Origin: Saccostrea cucullata
Taxonomy: Eukaryota
Reading direction: 5' to 3'
DNA: 64,000 nucleotides
Assembly: GCF_032062105.1 (NCBI RefSeq)
Contig: NW_026926125.1
Location: 124,001-188,000, forward strand
The position numbers were made by a program, and so were the translations under genes. The first letter of the stretch is position 1. Each line of letters starts with the position of its first letter. Below the pieces are notes generated by a model. The model had not been told where the DNA came from and did no database searches. It saw only the letters and a program-made list of their open reading frames with translations. Of this stretch, positions 14,901 to 26,730 are shown in pieces.

Positions 14901-17900
14901 ATTAATATTTATAACAATTTGATTGATTTTAAATTAAATTTTAAAAAATCTAAACATTGATCAATTTATCTTACAGAGTTGTTTGACCATGATATTGCTA
15001 CAAGTTTTGAATCTGATTTTACTTCTTATTAGTTCAGGTAAAGCATATTTTTTAACTTTTTGTGAATAATAAAAGTTGACACTCAGACCTGTTAAATAAG
15101 ATAAGCATATATAGTCATGTATTTATATGCTCAGTGAAGTTGGTGAGGCAGTTGTTTCTACATGAGGTCAGTGCCTTGCTCCTGGCACAGTCCTATGTGG
15201 CAGCCATCTTGGTTTTTGCTGGGATCTACACACTCACTAAAAGACTAGCTGTAAGTTCCATTTTTTTATGATTGCAGTAAATAGATGTGCTAGGAACAAA
15301 CTATTTTTAGTTCTTCTGAGCCAAAGGCTCAAAGAGCTAATACTTAATGGCCATTTGTGCGGTGTGCGTTAACTTTTTAGAATATGGGCCATAACTCAAG
15401 AACCCCTTGGCCAATCAGTGTCAAATTTGTCACAGGGTATCCTTGGCTCAAGGGCTACCATTTATACTAAAATAAGAGTTGAGACCTTTAAACAAAGGGA
15501 GATAATCAGGAAAACAAAACCAAAAATACTGGTTGCTAAAAACTCTTCTTCTCCAGAACCACTCGGCAGATTTTCACCAAACTTATATACAAGGATCAGG
15601 ATATGTTGAAGATTAAAATTTGCATGGGGAATTACCCTGGGGCAAAGGGCGTGGTCTCAAGGTCACTTTAAAGTTGACCTAAATTTACAATTAATAAAAA
15701 CATTTATATTTTGCTTACTATAAGGACTAGGGTTATCAAATCTTGTAAGTTGATGCATCTAATGTTCTTAGGACTTCACATCATGTTAACTTAAAAGTAG
15801 GTCATGGTGACCTACTTTTTTTAATTTTGCAAGCATTTTTCTTCAAATTGATTTGGAGGCATATTTTGGACACTTTAAAGGCCTATGATCTTCGAACTTT
15901 GTCAGTTGATGCATCTTGGGTCCTCGAACAATGTCAACTTAAAAGTAGCACTACTGGACGAAAAAAGTGCTGAGAATCCCAAATTTTACTGATAATGTTT
16001 GATAATTACTGATACGGTGCTGTTCTAGCTGATATTTACTGATATTTACTGTTATTATTACTGTTGTTGCTGATAATTTTAGTTGTTGCTGATAAATACT
16101 GATAATTACTGTCGTCTTTTACTGTGGAGTCTGATAAATACTGATAAATACTGTTGAGGTACTGTCGCTGCTGAGAATTACTGATAATTACTGTTGAGGT
16201 ACTGTCGATGCTGAGATTTACTGATAATTACTGTGGTCATTGTTTTTAACCTGGGAATGGATTAATATAGCCTGAGAAATGATTATTTGTTTGTTTTTTT
16301 TTTTTTAAAGTATTTTAACAAATTCATTACAGTCAATTACAAAATAAATTATTCTAAATAAAAAAGTCACGTTTTATTAATTTGTTTTCAGTTTTCAGCT
16401 ATTAATTTCATTATAATTATTTTTAGACCATAATGTTAACATAAGCTTTCATAAATGTTTATGTTTTTTCTTTAAATTTCTCCTTACACGTAGATGACAT
16501 TATCTGAGGAAAAATATTCTGTTGTATTTGCAGTGGTTTTTTCTTCCCAAGTACTTTTTTTTAAAAGTTTAATATTTGTTCATAAAGGTTAAAAAAATCT
16601 CATCTTATATTTTTTCTCACATGTATGTGTACTGTCATCAAAAGCTTTTTGTGGGTATCTTTAATACTTCAATACAGTCAATGGTTGTAAATATCAATTT
16701 ATTTTACCGTGTGGAGAACTGAAAATGCATGAGAGCACATTAAGTTGAAACCCCCCCCCCCTTTCCATTTACTTTTAAATTAAGCTCTCATTTTAACAAG
16801 ACATTATTAAATATTTGTCATAAAATCTAGTCTTGAAGCGTACACTTTGTTATTTTATAGAAGAATGTGACAGGGTTAAATAATGAAACTGAAGCATCTT
16901 TAATTATTTTTTTTATATATTATGTGGACAGCGCGCTCTAGTTCTCCGATGTCCTCCCTGCGAATTTTATATCATTGTGTCGCTTTCTAGCTTTCTCTCT
17001 CTCTCTCTCTCTCTCCTTTAAATTATTTGTTAAGGCTTAAGTATTGTACACTACATGACATAAATCTTATGCAGTGTGATTTTCAGTCAATGAAATACAC
17101 ATCTTTCTTTAGGCTAATTCTTTTTTCATTGTACACAGTTTTAAGTCTATGGGCATATGGCTTCTAATATTATGCGCCACTCTTTAAACATGTTATATGC
17201 GGTCAGTCAGTTAAAAAAACAAAATAAAATAAATCATAACTTGAATTAACTTTTTCCATTAATGCAAACTTTGTGCTTGTTGTTCTGGAACATACATGTC
17301 AACCACGTGTAAAAGTTCTACTTTCGTTTTAGAATCGGGTCAATTATTAGTACATTCTGCCATAGGGATATCGTTACGGCTTGCGTTTTTGTAAAATTAA
17401 AAATTTGTGCAGAGATTATAATTTTTTTTTATTCCATTTTTGTCCGAGACCTTTGTATAAACGAACGGTACAGACTTGGTGCTTATTTATATGATTTTAC
17501 TTGATTGTAGCACAAAAAGGAGGGGGTGAAATACTGTTTACAATTAAGTGATAGCCGATAGGGCAAGGTCTGTTCTTTAGTTGTGTGTTTTAAAAGTCAT
17601 GCAAGTTATGATATTATACTTATCGAATTTTTTATATGCATGAATAAAATTATTTTAGAGAATCAATTGCAATGAACCATACAAAATTCAGAACTGAAGT
17701 AATTATAACATTTATTCATGAGTGCGATACACAACGTCATGTTTCTGACATTCAAAATCCATACATTTAAGGTTTTTTTTTTTCTCGGATTAAGCGAAGT
17801 GGAGTTTCCCTGCATCTGAATTGTGAACAATAAATGCTAATATTATTTCAAAAAAGTGCTTCACTAACCAATCGTTCTCTTTATATCTATATGATTGTAT

Positions 17901-20900
17901 ATTTTCATTATTTTGCACACTTTTTTTTTTTATTAAAAAGTGAAGTCAATGGTCCCAAACCATCGTTAGCAGAGATTCAGAATTGAAAATACATGTGACC
18001 ACCTCCCCCGGGATATTCTTTTATCTGATAAACAAAATATACTACCCGGCCTAGATTCCCTTACTTCGCATTTATAGCAACCTACAATTTTTTTTTTGTT
18101 TAGTTTCTTATTCACGCATGCCTTTTAGACCTACTGTTATGTATAAAATCACCTACATTTTCTATGTTTTTGTGGTCTATGTATACTAATGTAAAATGGT
18201 AAAAAGATTCAAATAAATGATTGATTGATTGAAGAAATATGCGTAAAACTAAAAAATAAAATTAAATACTGAAGAAAGATGAATCTTTGAGAATTGAAAT
18301 AATAATTAAAATAAGTCTGTACAACGTACATGATGTACATGTATATATCTTTTTTTTTTATTATAGTACCAAAGTGTTCTATTCTAAATATTTTTTCTAT
18401 CAATTTTATTCGTCATCAAATTCAATATTACGGAATTTTTTTTTTCGTGCGACCATAAACTTTAAGATTGTTCTAAAGTAGCGATTACATGTACAGTGTA
18501 GGTAGTTTGTTTATTGATAACACCGGTGCCGCAGACGAAGAACAATAGGTAATTAGTGCCCATTGTTACGCTGACCACTACGATTTGCATGGAATATACA
18601 AGTTGTACCCTGATCTACCCCGGGGCTGAAGACATGTACACAATACAGCCAAATCACAGGTCGATCACCGATTTCTGATCAACTGAAATCAATTTAAAGG
18701 TGTTTTCCTTTCAACTTTTTACCATGCAAAATTAAAATCGATCAATTTGATCATATACTAGTGGCCACTTGTACATGTTTGGTTTAAGCCTGGCTCAAGG
18801 TAATCTAGACTTAAGTCAGGCTCAAAATTATCAAATCACTTGCAGACCTCTCTGATTTACCTGAGTAGAGCTCAGCATTGTGGTTTAATGTAAACCAGGT
18901 AATGGGCAGGTTTAAAGGAAGGCTTATAAGTGATGGAGTATTATTTTGATGAGATAGACCAAATTTATTTAGTGGAAAGACTTATCAGGCGAGAAAGAGT
19001 GGTAAGAGACAGGACAAACCCTTTTTTGAAATATTCGGAAGAAGAATTTATTGACAGATTTTGCTTAAGAAAGGAATGTGTAATTGAATTATTAAATGAA
19101 ATTGGGGAACACCTGGAGCCAAAACAAAAGAAGGTTTCAGCAATATCACCACTTGACCAACTACTAATAGCTTTACGGTTTTACGCAACTGGGTGTTTAC
19201 TCAGAGTTTCTGGAGATCTCTTTGGAGTTCATGAAAGTTCAGCTTCTCGAATTGTGAAGAAAGTATCATCTGCATTGGCATCGCTTTACAAGAATTATGT
19301 AGTATTTCCATCAGGAAATAAACTAACTGAAATCCAAAGAGGTTTTATGAACCATAGTGGTATTCCGGGAATTGTGGGTGCAATAGACTGTACCCATATT
19401 CCAATACATTCACCCGGAGGTGACACGGCAGAAATTTTTCGAAACAGGAAAGGATTTTTCTCCATCAATGTTCAGGCAATTTGTGACAATGATCTTATGC
19501 TTACAAATGTGGTTGCAAGATGGCCGGGAAGTACCCATGACAGTCGGATTTTTGACAACAGTAGTGTCTGTGCTAATTTTGAGAGAAGAAATATTCCTGG
19601 GATTTTGATTGGAGATAATGGATACGCTCTCAAACCTTATTTGATAACACCCCTTCTTACTTGCCGGACACCACAAGAGAGACGCTTTAATTTTGCTTTA
19701 AGTAACAGTAGAGTTAAGATTGAAAATGTATTTGGCATTTGGAAAAGACGTTTTCCCTGCCTTAGAAACCAGTTGAGATTTAAAATTTCTACAACTTTGC
19801 ACGTTATTATTGCTTGTGCAGTGTTGTATAATATTGCCAAGAAAGCTGCCATACCGGTACCAGATGACGAGGATGAAGAAGATATAGCAGTTCCAGTTCC
19901 AGTGCCACCAAATGTAAACCAAGGGGGACAGGCTTTAAGAGCAGCTTTGATAAGGCATTTTTAGTAAAAAAAAAAAAATCCAGACAAGTAAGTTTAATTT
20001 ATTTTAAATTTAATTTTTCAATTATCAAATATTTAATATACCATTCATTGAGCATATGGCTGCCAGAAAGAGCCACAGTTGTTGTTAGAATCTGTACTTC
20101 CATAAGTAGTGGTTGGAGGTCCAGGCAACTTAGGTTCACTTAATTTTATTTCGTTCTCTAGTTTCTGTTTCTTTAACTTTAGTATGTCCTCTTTCAACTG
20201 GAGGATTGCCATTTTCTTCTTATGTTCTATTTCTGCTATTTCCAGGAGTCTACTCTTGACTTGGTCTTGACGTCCGGGACCAGCAGCTTTTCGTTTGGTA
20301 CCAGGGACTCTGGACATAGATTGTTGCGGTTTGACAGATTCTTCCGACATTATTGGCGCATCTTCCTGAATTGTGTTGGTTGTCAATATCTGTGAACAGT
20401 GAAACATTCATTGTAAATATTATGAGTAAATAAAATATATCATTGATGTAATGTTTTTTGTTTGAACACGTATTTTAAAATCACACTTTTATTTTTAATG
20501 GCTGAATATTTATATTATTACATATAGAATTATTGTAAATGATGGGTGCGCCAAATCTTTTTCATGTTCTTGTAATTTGACAACAATGGTGGGATCGCAG
20601 ATTTATATGTAAAGGTTGAAAAATAAGAAATCTACAGTGCATACATATATGAAAAGATATTTTCATTAAAATTCTTTTAATCCAATAATGTTGACAAAAT
20701 ACTAGTATACTATAGTACCTCGTCATTATCATCTGAATCTTCATTGTCATCTTCTGATTCATCTTCATGGAGACTTGCATCATCGTCATATGGGTTTTGC
20801 AAAGTAAAAATATGCTGAGGAAGCATTTCGGATATGGTGCTGGAAATTTTATCTAAGTTTTTTCCAGATGGTCCTCCACCTGTCTTTTTCTTGTCTCTCC

Positions 20901-23900
20901 TCTCCTTAGCAACAGCAGACTTCGTTCTGGCTTTTAGATTTTTCCATAATGATTTTAACTGTGTTATGCTTCTCTTGTTTACACCATGTCTCGAATTAAA
21001 TTCTTTCTCAATATTTATCCATTCTGTGTTCTTCTTACTAACCATTCTGCCGTCTTTCTGCTTATTTTCTATGATGTCCTTTCTAGCATGGATAAGCTCT
21101 AACAAAATTTCTTTTTCTAATTCAGAAAAATTTGCTGACTTCTGTCTTGTTGCCATTATTTTCAAGGAATGAGATAATCTTAAGCCGTATTCAGGTAAGA
21201 AAGAGTTGAATCACAGGTTTGCAACCCAACTACTTCTCACCTGAGTACAGCTTAAGCCAGGTTTAAGACAGGGTTATCTGATCCCAAGATCACCTATTAA
21301 ATCAGGGTTACCTGAGCTAAAGGTATGCAAGTGGCCATAATAGTAACATATTAAATTAAGTCTCATTTCAGTTCTTATTTCCCATTCCATAAAATCAAAT
21401 TAAAAAAAATTAATGAGATTTCAAAACTGATGAAATAAAAAATGATTTTGTATTTAAATTTTAAGAGACAAACTAAACACATGTACCTTTGCACTAGGGA
21501 TTCTTAACCTCTAATTTTTAATCAGCTCGCCCCATTTGCCGGTTGCACATGCATACAGTGTGTACTTGTACATATGTACATGTGGAGGAGTTTTATTCTT
21601 GGAGGATCTACAAACGTCTACATAACATTAAAATAAATGAATAAATAAATAAATTATTAATTAAAATCAGTGCACCACAGATTGAACATATTCAAACCTG
21701 TTTTCACCTCTTGGTTACTTTTTAAAAGGGATAAAATTTCTAATTTTCGAGCAAATTTTCAAATATTTCGACAAAAAGAGACCAGAAAACTGAACATTTA
21801 ACAAGATAAATATAATTGTTTTCGAGAAAAAAAGGCCTTCAAAAGCAAAATGTTGTCCAAACTCGACCAGTTGACGTAGTGAAAACGGAACAAATCCAAC
21901 TTTTCTAACCTGCAGGAAACTTTTTTTTATCCCGATTTTTTTTCTATCCATTAAGAACTTTTTTCTTATTATTGAAAAAAAAGATCACCGATCTCCCTAC
22001 ATAATTTTCTTGGAGTCGGGAAAGGCGGCGATGGATCTTTTTTTAAGATAGCATAATTTTCTTTTGATTTACTGTTTATTTTTTCAATAAGATCTGCAAA
22101 AGTAAAATTCCATTTTTTTTTCTTCATTAATTTTTTTTTATTAATTCTATTGCTATATATTCATTCTATTAATAATTCATTTGATTATTGTCAAAATTGT
22201 CACAAACGTAATGTAGAAATTGAAATCAGCATACATACATACAGTCATGTAATTTTGTCACAAGCAGGACATTTAAAGAGATATGAAAATTTTGTCATGA
22301 TAATTCAAGTAAAAGAAAGCAATAATTGAAGGTTTTTATAGCCCTCTGTTTTATTTTAAACCAATTACCAGGTCAAAAACAATGACCACAGTAATTATCA
22401 GTAAATCTCAGCATCGACAGTACCTCAACAGTAATTATCAGCAATTCTCAGCAACGACAGTACCTCAACAGTATTTATCAGACTCCACAGTAAAAGGCAA
22501 CAGTAATTATCAGAATTTATCAGAAACAACAAAAAATATTAGCAACAACAGTAAAAATAACAGTAAATATCAGTATTTATCAGCAACAACAGCACAGTAT
22601 CAGTAATTATCAAACTTTATCAGTAAAATTTGGGATTCTCAGCACTTTTTTCGTCCAGTAGTGTAGGTCACCATGACTTACATTTTGAACTGAATGACTA
22701 ATCCTTTTTAAAAAGTTTGATCCCATTATTTCAGACACTGAGAGGGTTAGAATCATCAAATCTTGTAAGTTGCTGCATCTTGGGACCTTAAAAAACATAT
22801 TCATGAAAAAGTAGGTCACTGTGACCTACTTTTTGAATTTTGCAGGTATTTGTTTTCAGATTGTTTAAATGGCATATTTAGATTACCTTCAAATCTACGA
22901 TCATCAAACTTGGTCAGCAGATGCATCTTGGGACTTCGAAAAATGTAAACCAAATTGTAGGTCACGATGAGCTACTTTCAACATTTTATGGCTATATTTA
23001 AGTATCTTAGGTATTTATTGGCTTAGAATCATAAAACTTTGTGAGTTGATGCATCTTGGGTTTTTGAAGAGTGATGACCAAAATGTAGGTCACAATGACC
23101 TACTTTTGACATTTTATGGCTATATTTAAGTATCTTAGGTATTTATTGGCCTAGAATCATCAAACTTTGTGAGTTGATGCATCTTGGGTTTTCGGAGAGT
23201 GACAATCAAAAATTAGGTTACAGTGACATACTTTTGACATTTTATGGCTTTATTTAAGTATCTCGGGTACTTATTGGCTTAGAATCATCAAACTTTGTCA
23301 ATTGATGCATTTTAGGTTTTCGGAGAATGATGTCCAAAAAATAGGTCACAAAGACCTACTTTTGACATTTTATGGCAATATTTAAGTATCTCCGGTACTT
23401 ATTGGTTTAGAATCATCAAACTTTGTTAGTTGATGTATCGGGTTTTCAAAAATCGTCTACTAAAAATTAAGTCACAGTGACCTACTTTTGACATTTTATG
23501 GCTATATTTAAGTATCTTGAGTACTTATTATCTTAGAATAATCAAACTTTGTCAGTTGATGTATCTTGGGTTTTCAAAAATCATCTACTAAAAATTAGGT
23601 CACAGTGACCTACTTTTGACATTTTATGGCTATATTTAAGTATCTTGAGTACTTATTAGCTTAGAATAATCAAACTTTGTCAGTTGATGCATTTGGGGTT
23701 TTCAAAGAATGTAGACAAAAAAGTAGGTCACAGTGACATACTTTTGACATTTTGATGGCTATATTTAAGTATATCAGGTACTTACTGGCTTAGAATCATC
23801 AAACTTTGTCAATTGATGAATCTTGGGTTTTCGGGGAACACAAACCAAAAATTACATCACCTTTACCTACTTTTGACATCTTATGGCTATATTTTCATAT

Positions 23901-25828
23901 CTCCAATACTGGTTGACCTAGAATAGTTAAACTTTGTCAGATGGGGCATCTTTGGTTTTCGGAGAATGTCGACCAAAAAGTCGGTCATGGTGACTTACTT
24001 TTGAATATCTCAGGTACTTATTGGCTTAGAATCATCAAATTTTTTCAGTTGATGTATCTTGGGTTTTCAAAAATCGTCTACTAAAAATTAGGTCACAGTG
24101 ATCTACTTTTGACATTTTATGGCTATATTTAAGTATCTTGAGTACTTATTAGCTTAGAATAATCAAAACTTTGTCAGTTGATGCATTTGGGGTTTTCCAA
24201 GAATGTAGACAACAGAATATCTCAAATACTTATTGGCTTAGAATCTTCAATCTTTGTCTATTAATGCATCTTGAGTCCTCAGAAAATTCAGTCTTAAAGT
24301 AGGTCACTATAACCTACTTTTATGTTTTTTTTTTATAGCTTTATTAAAATATCTTCAGTCCTAATTGGTTAAGAATTATCAAACTTTGTCAGTTGATGCA
24401 ACTTGCGTCTTAGGATACTTAGGGTTAGAGGCTTCAAATAGAAGTGAAAGGTTTTACAATTTATCAGAAGAGCGATTCAGGGCCCTTGGGCTTCTTGTTA
24501 TCCATGATATTTCAGTTTTTGTTATTTAACTGCATATGAGACTTTATTTTTATGGTTGAGGAAAAAAAATAGTACACTTATACTCAATTATAAGTTTAAA
24601 AAAAAATATTAGTAGAAACATAACATGTCAGACTTTTCTGTATTAACTGTAGCCAGACTCCTGGAAAGATGTCCACGAGGATGTATCAAAAGACCCTGCC
24701 CTGATTATTGTGATGTATTGTCAGTTTCTGTATTTCTCAGTCTCTACATCCACACTCTGTGGTAAGTATATATGTAAAGTATATGTAATAGGAGTTGTGA
24801 TATTTTCTTATTACACAGGATAAAAGAATTATGACTCCTATAAATTGGATTGTCTTTTCTTCGCAGGTACTGCAGATGTGACACCCCACATGTGGTACAA
24901 CTATCTTTGTGTGTCCATACAGGTTTGTTGCAATTTAAGATTTTTTCTGATTTATATTAGCATGCAGAATTTAATTTATTTAATACTAGAGGTTGCACCA
25001 AACAACCCCCCTTTTTTTTGCAAAAAGGAATTATTCTCCTTTCAAGATTTCCAAATACATTGTAATGGTGTTTAAGTTTTATGAAATAAGTTTTTAATCA
25101 ATACATCAATTTCAGTAAGATGACTGATTAAATATATTATTTTCTAATAGATGCTTAATAATATTTATGACGGTAATATTTTTGATCTGAAGTCTGTCAA
25201 TTCTGTTTTGTTGAGCAGAGTGACATACCCTAGATAGCACATAATACATTTCTTGTTTCAGATGTTGCTGAGTTTTATGTACTTTGCCTCTATACTGGGT
25301 CAGGTCATGGCCCCAATTACTGCCCCTTCCTCCATCCGACAAACTCTCCAAAGAAACAGACTACAGAGTCAGATTTTCATAAACAGCAGACGATCAAGCA
25401 TAGTACAGGAAAACATTGTCAATACAGGTTTGTGTCTTATTTGATTACTGCATTGTTTTGAAAGTAACCCAATTCAATACAAAGTCATATATGAAATTTG
25501 TGTAATATTTAATTTTGTTGATAATTGTTAACAATGAAATAAAGGAAATTTAATCCCTCCACCAAAATTTGCAAGTTTACAGTATTTCTTACGGTGATTC
25601 AACACTCACTGTTGAACTGTATGATTGCTTGATTGTTTATGAAAGTTGGACATGATAAAACATAGGATCAAGAGACAACAATGTAAAGTTCTTTGATGAA
25701 TCAATTAAGCAAAAGTTACAGTAATTGTTTTTTCAACTACTTGTAGTGTTGTGCATTTTTTTTTACATTACAAGGAGAATTTTAAAATATGTTAATTTCT
25801 TTTCTTTTCAGGAAGCTCTGGGTCCTGA
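11925..25828 (+). CDS. Pore-loop (Ion_trans_2 / K+-channel-like) membrane protein, 10 coding exons, ~313 aa, atypical filter TLCGTAD
   Basis: Hand-assembled GT-AG exons 11925-12025, 12701-12818, 13539-13664, 14200-14271, 14977-15037, 15135-15250, 24653-24761, 24867-24922, 25262-25427 and 25812-25828 total 942 nt, keep frame at every junction and contain no internal stop. The protein runs MSREELVWDH... through several hydrophobic segments to AQSYVAAILVFAGIYTL...CQFLYFSVSTSTLCGTADVTPHMWYNYLCVSIQMLLSFMYFASILGQ, matching the TM / pore helix (YFSxxTxTxxGxGD) / TM layout. The last micro-exon is least certain; read-through to the stop at 25444 is the alternative. Confidence 0.8.
13975..14125. repeat. 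~75-bp tandem duplication in channel-gene intron 3
   Basis: 'taaacaactttgaatgttttttaatgtaattcctta...tctatcaagttgaaataaattaca.tcatgtagt.gtag' occurs twice in tandem. Confidence 0.8.
16994..17015. repeat. (CT)n microsatellite
   Basis: Run 'tctctctctctctctctctctc'. Confidence 0.9.
18933..19964 (+). CDS. Harbinger (HARBI1-like) DDE transposase
   Basis: Single ORF of ~343 aa with the helix-turn-helix region LIALRFYATG...SRIV and the DDE motifs GAIDCTHIP, WPGSTHDSRIF, GDNGY and IENVFGIWKRRF. Confidence 0.95.
   Translation: MEYYFDEIDQIYLVERLIRRERVVRDRTNPFLKYSEEEFIDRFCLRKECVIELLNEIGEHLEPKQKKVSAISPLDQLLIALRFYATGCLLRVSGDLFGVHESSASRIVKKVSSALASLYKNYVVFPSGNKLTEIQRGFMNHSGIPGIVGAIDCTHIPIHSPGGDTAEIFRNRKGFFSINVQAICDNDLMLTNVVARWPGSTHDSRIFDNSSVCANFERRNIPGILIGDNGYALKPYLITPLLTCRTPQERRFNFALSNSRVKIENVFGIWKRRFPCLRNQLRFKISTTLHVIIACAVLYNIAKKAAIPVPDDEDEEDIAVPVPVPPNVNQGGQALRAALIRHF
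20045..21156 (-). CDS. Harbinger Myb/SANT-like DNA-binding protein (2 exons)
   Basis: Exon 21156-20719 (ANFSELEKEILLELI...W..I...FN......RS..QLKSLWKNLK..K...TGGGP) splices in phase 0 (GAG|GTACTA ... CACAG|ATA) to exon 20389-20045, which has a C-terminal coiled coil (EHKKKMAILQLKEDILKLKKQKLE). Confidence 0.88.
22667..24410 (+). repeat. Tandem array, ~126-128-bp period, about 13 units
   Basis: 'taggtcacagtgacctacttttgacattttatggctatatttaagtatc' recurs at ~23086, 23214, 23342, 23468, 23596, 23724 and further. Confidence 0.9.
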
Positions 25829-26730
25829 TACTTGATGACACAGGGTGTGGAACATTACAAAAACAAACATGAACTTGGATGATGAGATGAAATTTAGTCA
25901 CAATGATCGATTTTCCACATATTTCTTGGAAAATTATATGAGTTGCTGCTTGATTGTCCAAATGCCTTAAATCTTCATCTGTCATCATCAGTTGTGCTTA
26001 CATGTTTAACATTTATGATGTTTTCTCCTTGAGCAGGGACAAGGTGATGAACAAAATCTTTAGAAATCAATTCTTAAACTGTGATACAAAAAAATGTTGT
26101 CTTAATGCAAACTAGCAATACTATTTTAGTGTTGATCAATCTGTATGATCCCTTGCACAAAGACAAGCCCTTTTAAAAGGGTCAAATATTTACCGGAAAT
26201 AAATAGGTTTATTTCCAGGATAACAAGTATTATTTGTAAGCATATTTTAAAAATGTAGATTCAAGATTACTTAATGCATGGCCCTTTGTACAAAGAACGG
26301 ACAAAAAGGGCCAAAATTTTACATAGATGTATAGAACTGTGTTAATATCAACTCAAACACTGCATTTTCATCTGGAGGCTCTTCATTTACTAGTGCATTT
26401 GAAAAAAGATGACAAAAACTCAACTTCAATGTAACACATGTTTATGCCAGCAATTTCTTCGGCAGTGTATATTGTATTGTAATATAAATTATATTATATG
26501 GATATGCGAGTAAAGTGGTTTAATTATTTACATAGGCATTGGAGGGGGGGTGGCTAGGGGGGCTTAGCCCCCCCCTTCTTTTTTCCAAATATATACTTAG
26601 TATAGACATTGAACATTGCTTCGTAAGTTTAGCCCCCCTCCACTTTCCATAGACACGTCGCATTTAGGTTTAAAAAGGGGAATTTATTTTATAAACATTT
26701 AATACTCTATATTTTAGACACCTTTTAATA

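Larger units (their letters stand above)
18762..21337. mobile_element. PIF/Harbinger transposon, two-gene, apparently intact
   Basis: TIRs TGGCCACTTG(t/c)A at 18762 and in reverse at 21337, flanked by TAG and TAA (Harbinger-like 3-bp target, one mismatch). It encloses convergent transposase and Myb/SANT genes. Confidence 0.85.
15949..22663. mobile_element. CACTA/EnSpm-type non-autonomous DNA transposon with ~300-bp imperfect TIRs and 3-bp TSD (TAG)
   Basis: It starts CACTACTGGACGAAAAAAGTGCTGAGAATCCCAAATTTTACTGATAA (15949) and ends with the reverse complement ...TCGTCCAGTAGTG (22663). TAG flanks both sides (15946-48, 22664-66), splitting the host motif aaaagtag|gtcac. Subterminal (t)actgataa/tactgtt repeats at 15985-16250 are mirrored at 22370-22620. 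No CACTA transposase was seen inside. Confidence 0.85.
15304..24500 (+). mobile_element. HINE/pearl-like element with an internal ~128-bp tandem array, interrupted by a CACTA-type insertion
   Basis: The 5' end 'tttttagttcttctgagccaaaggctcaaagagct' and the 3' end 'gagcgattcagggcccttgggcttcttgtt' match the family termini seen inverted at 59.8 and 61.3 kb. Array units (aaaagtaggtcac..tgacctacttttga...gatgcatcttggg) lie on both sides of the 15949-22663 insertion. Confidence 0.7.

Noticed and set aside
22382-22606. Q/S/N-rich 74-aa ORF
   Set aside because: It lies within the CACTA subterminal repeats and is a low-complexity artefact.
22667-24410. Regular array that could be mistaken for a CRISPR array
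   Set aside because: Whole 128-bp units are repeated with no unique spacers, the context is eukaryotic, and no cas genes are present. It is the internal satellite of a HINE element.
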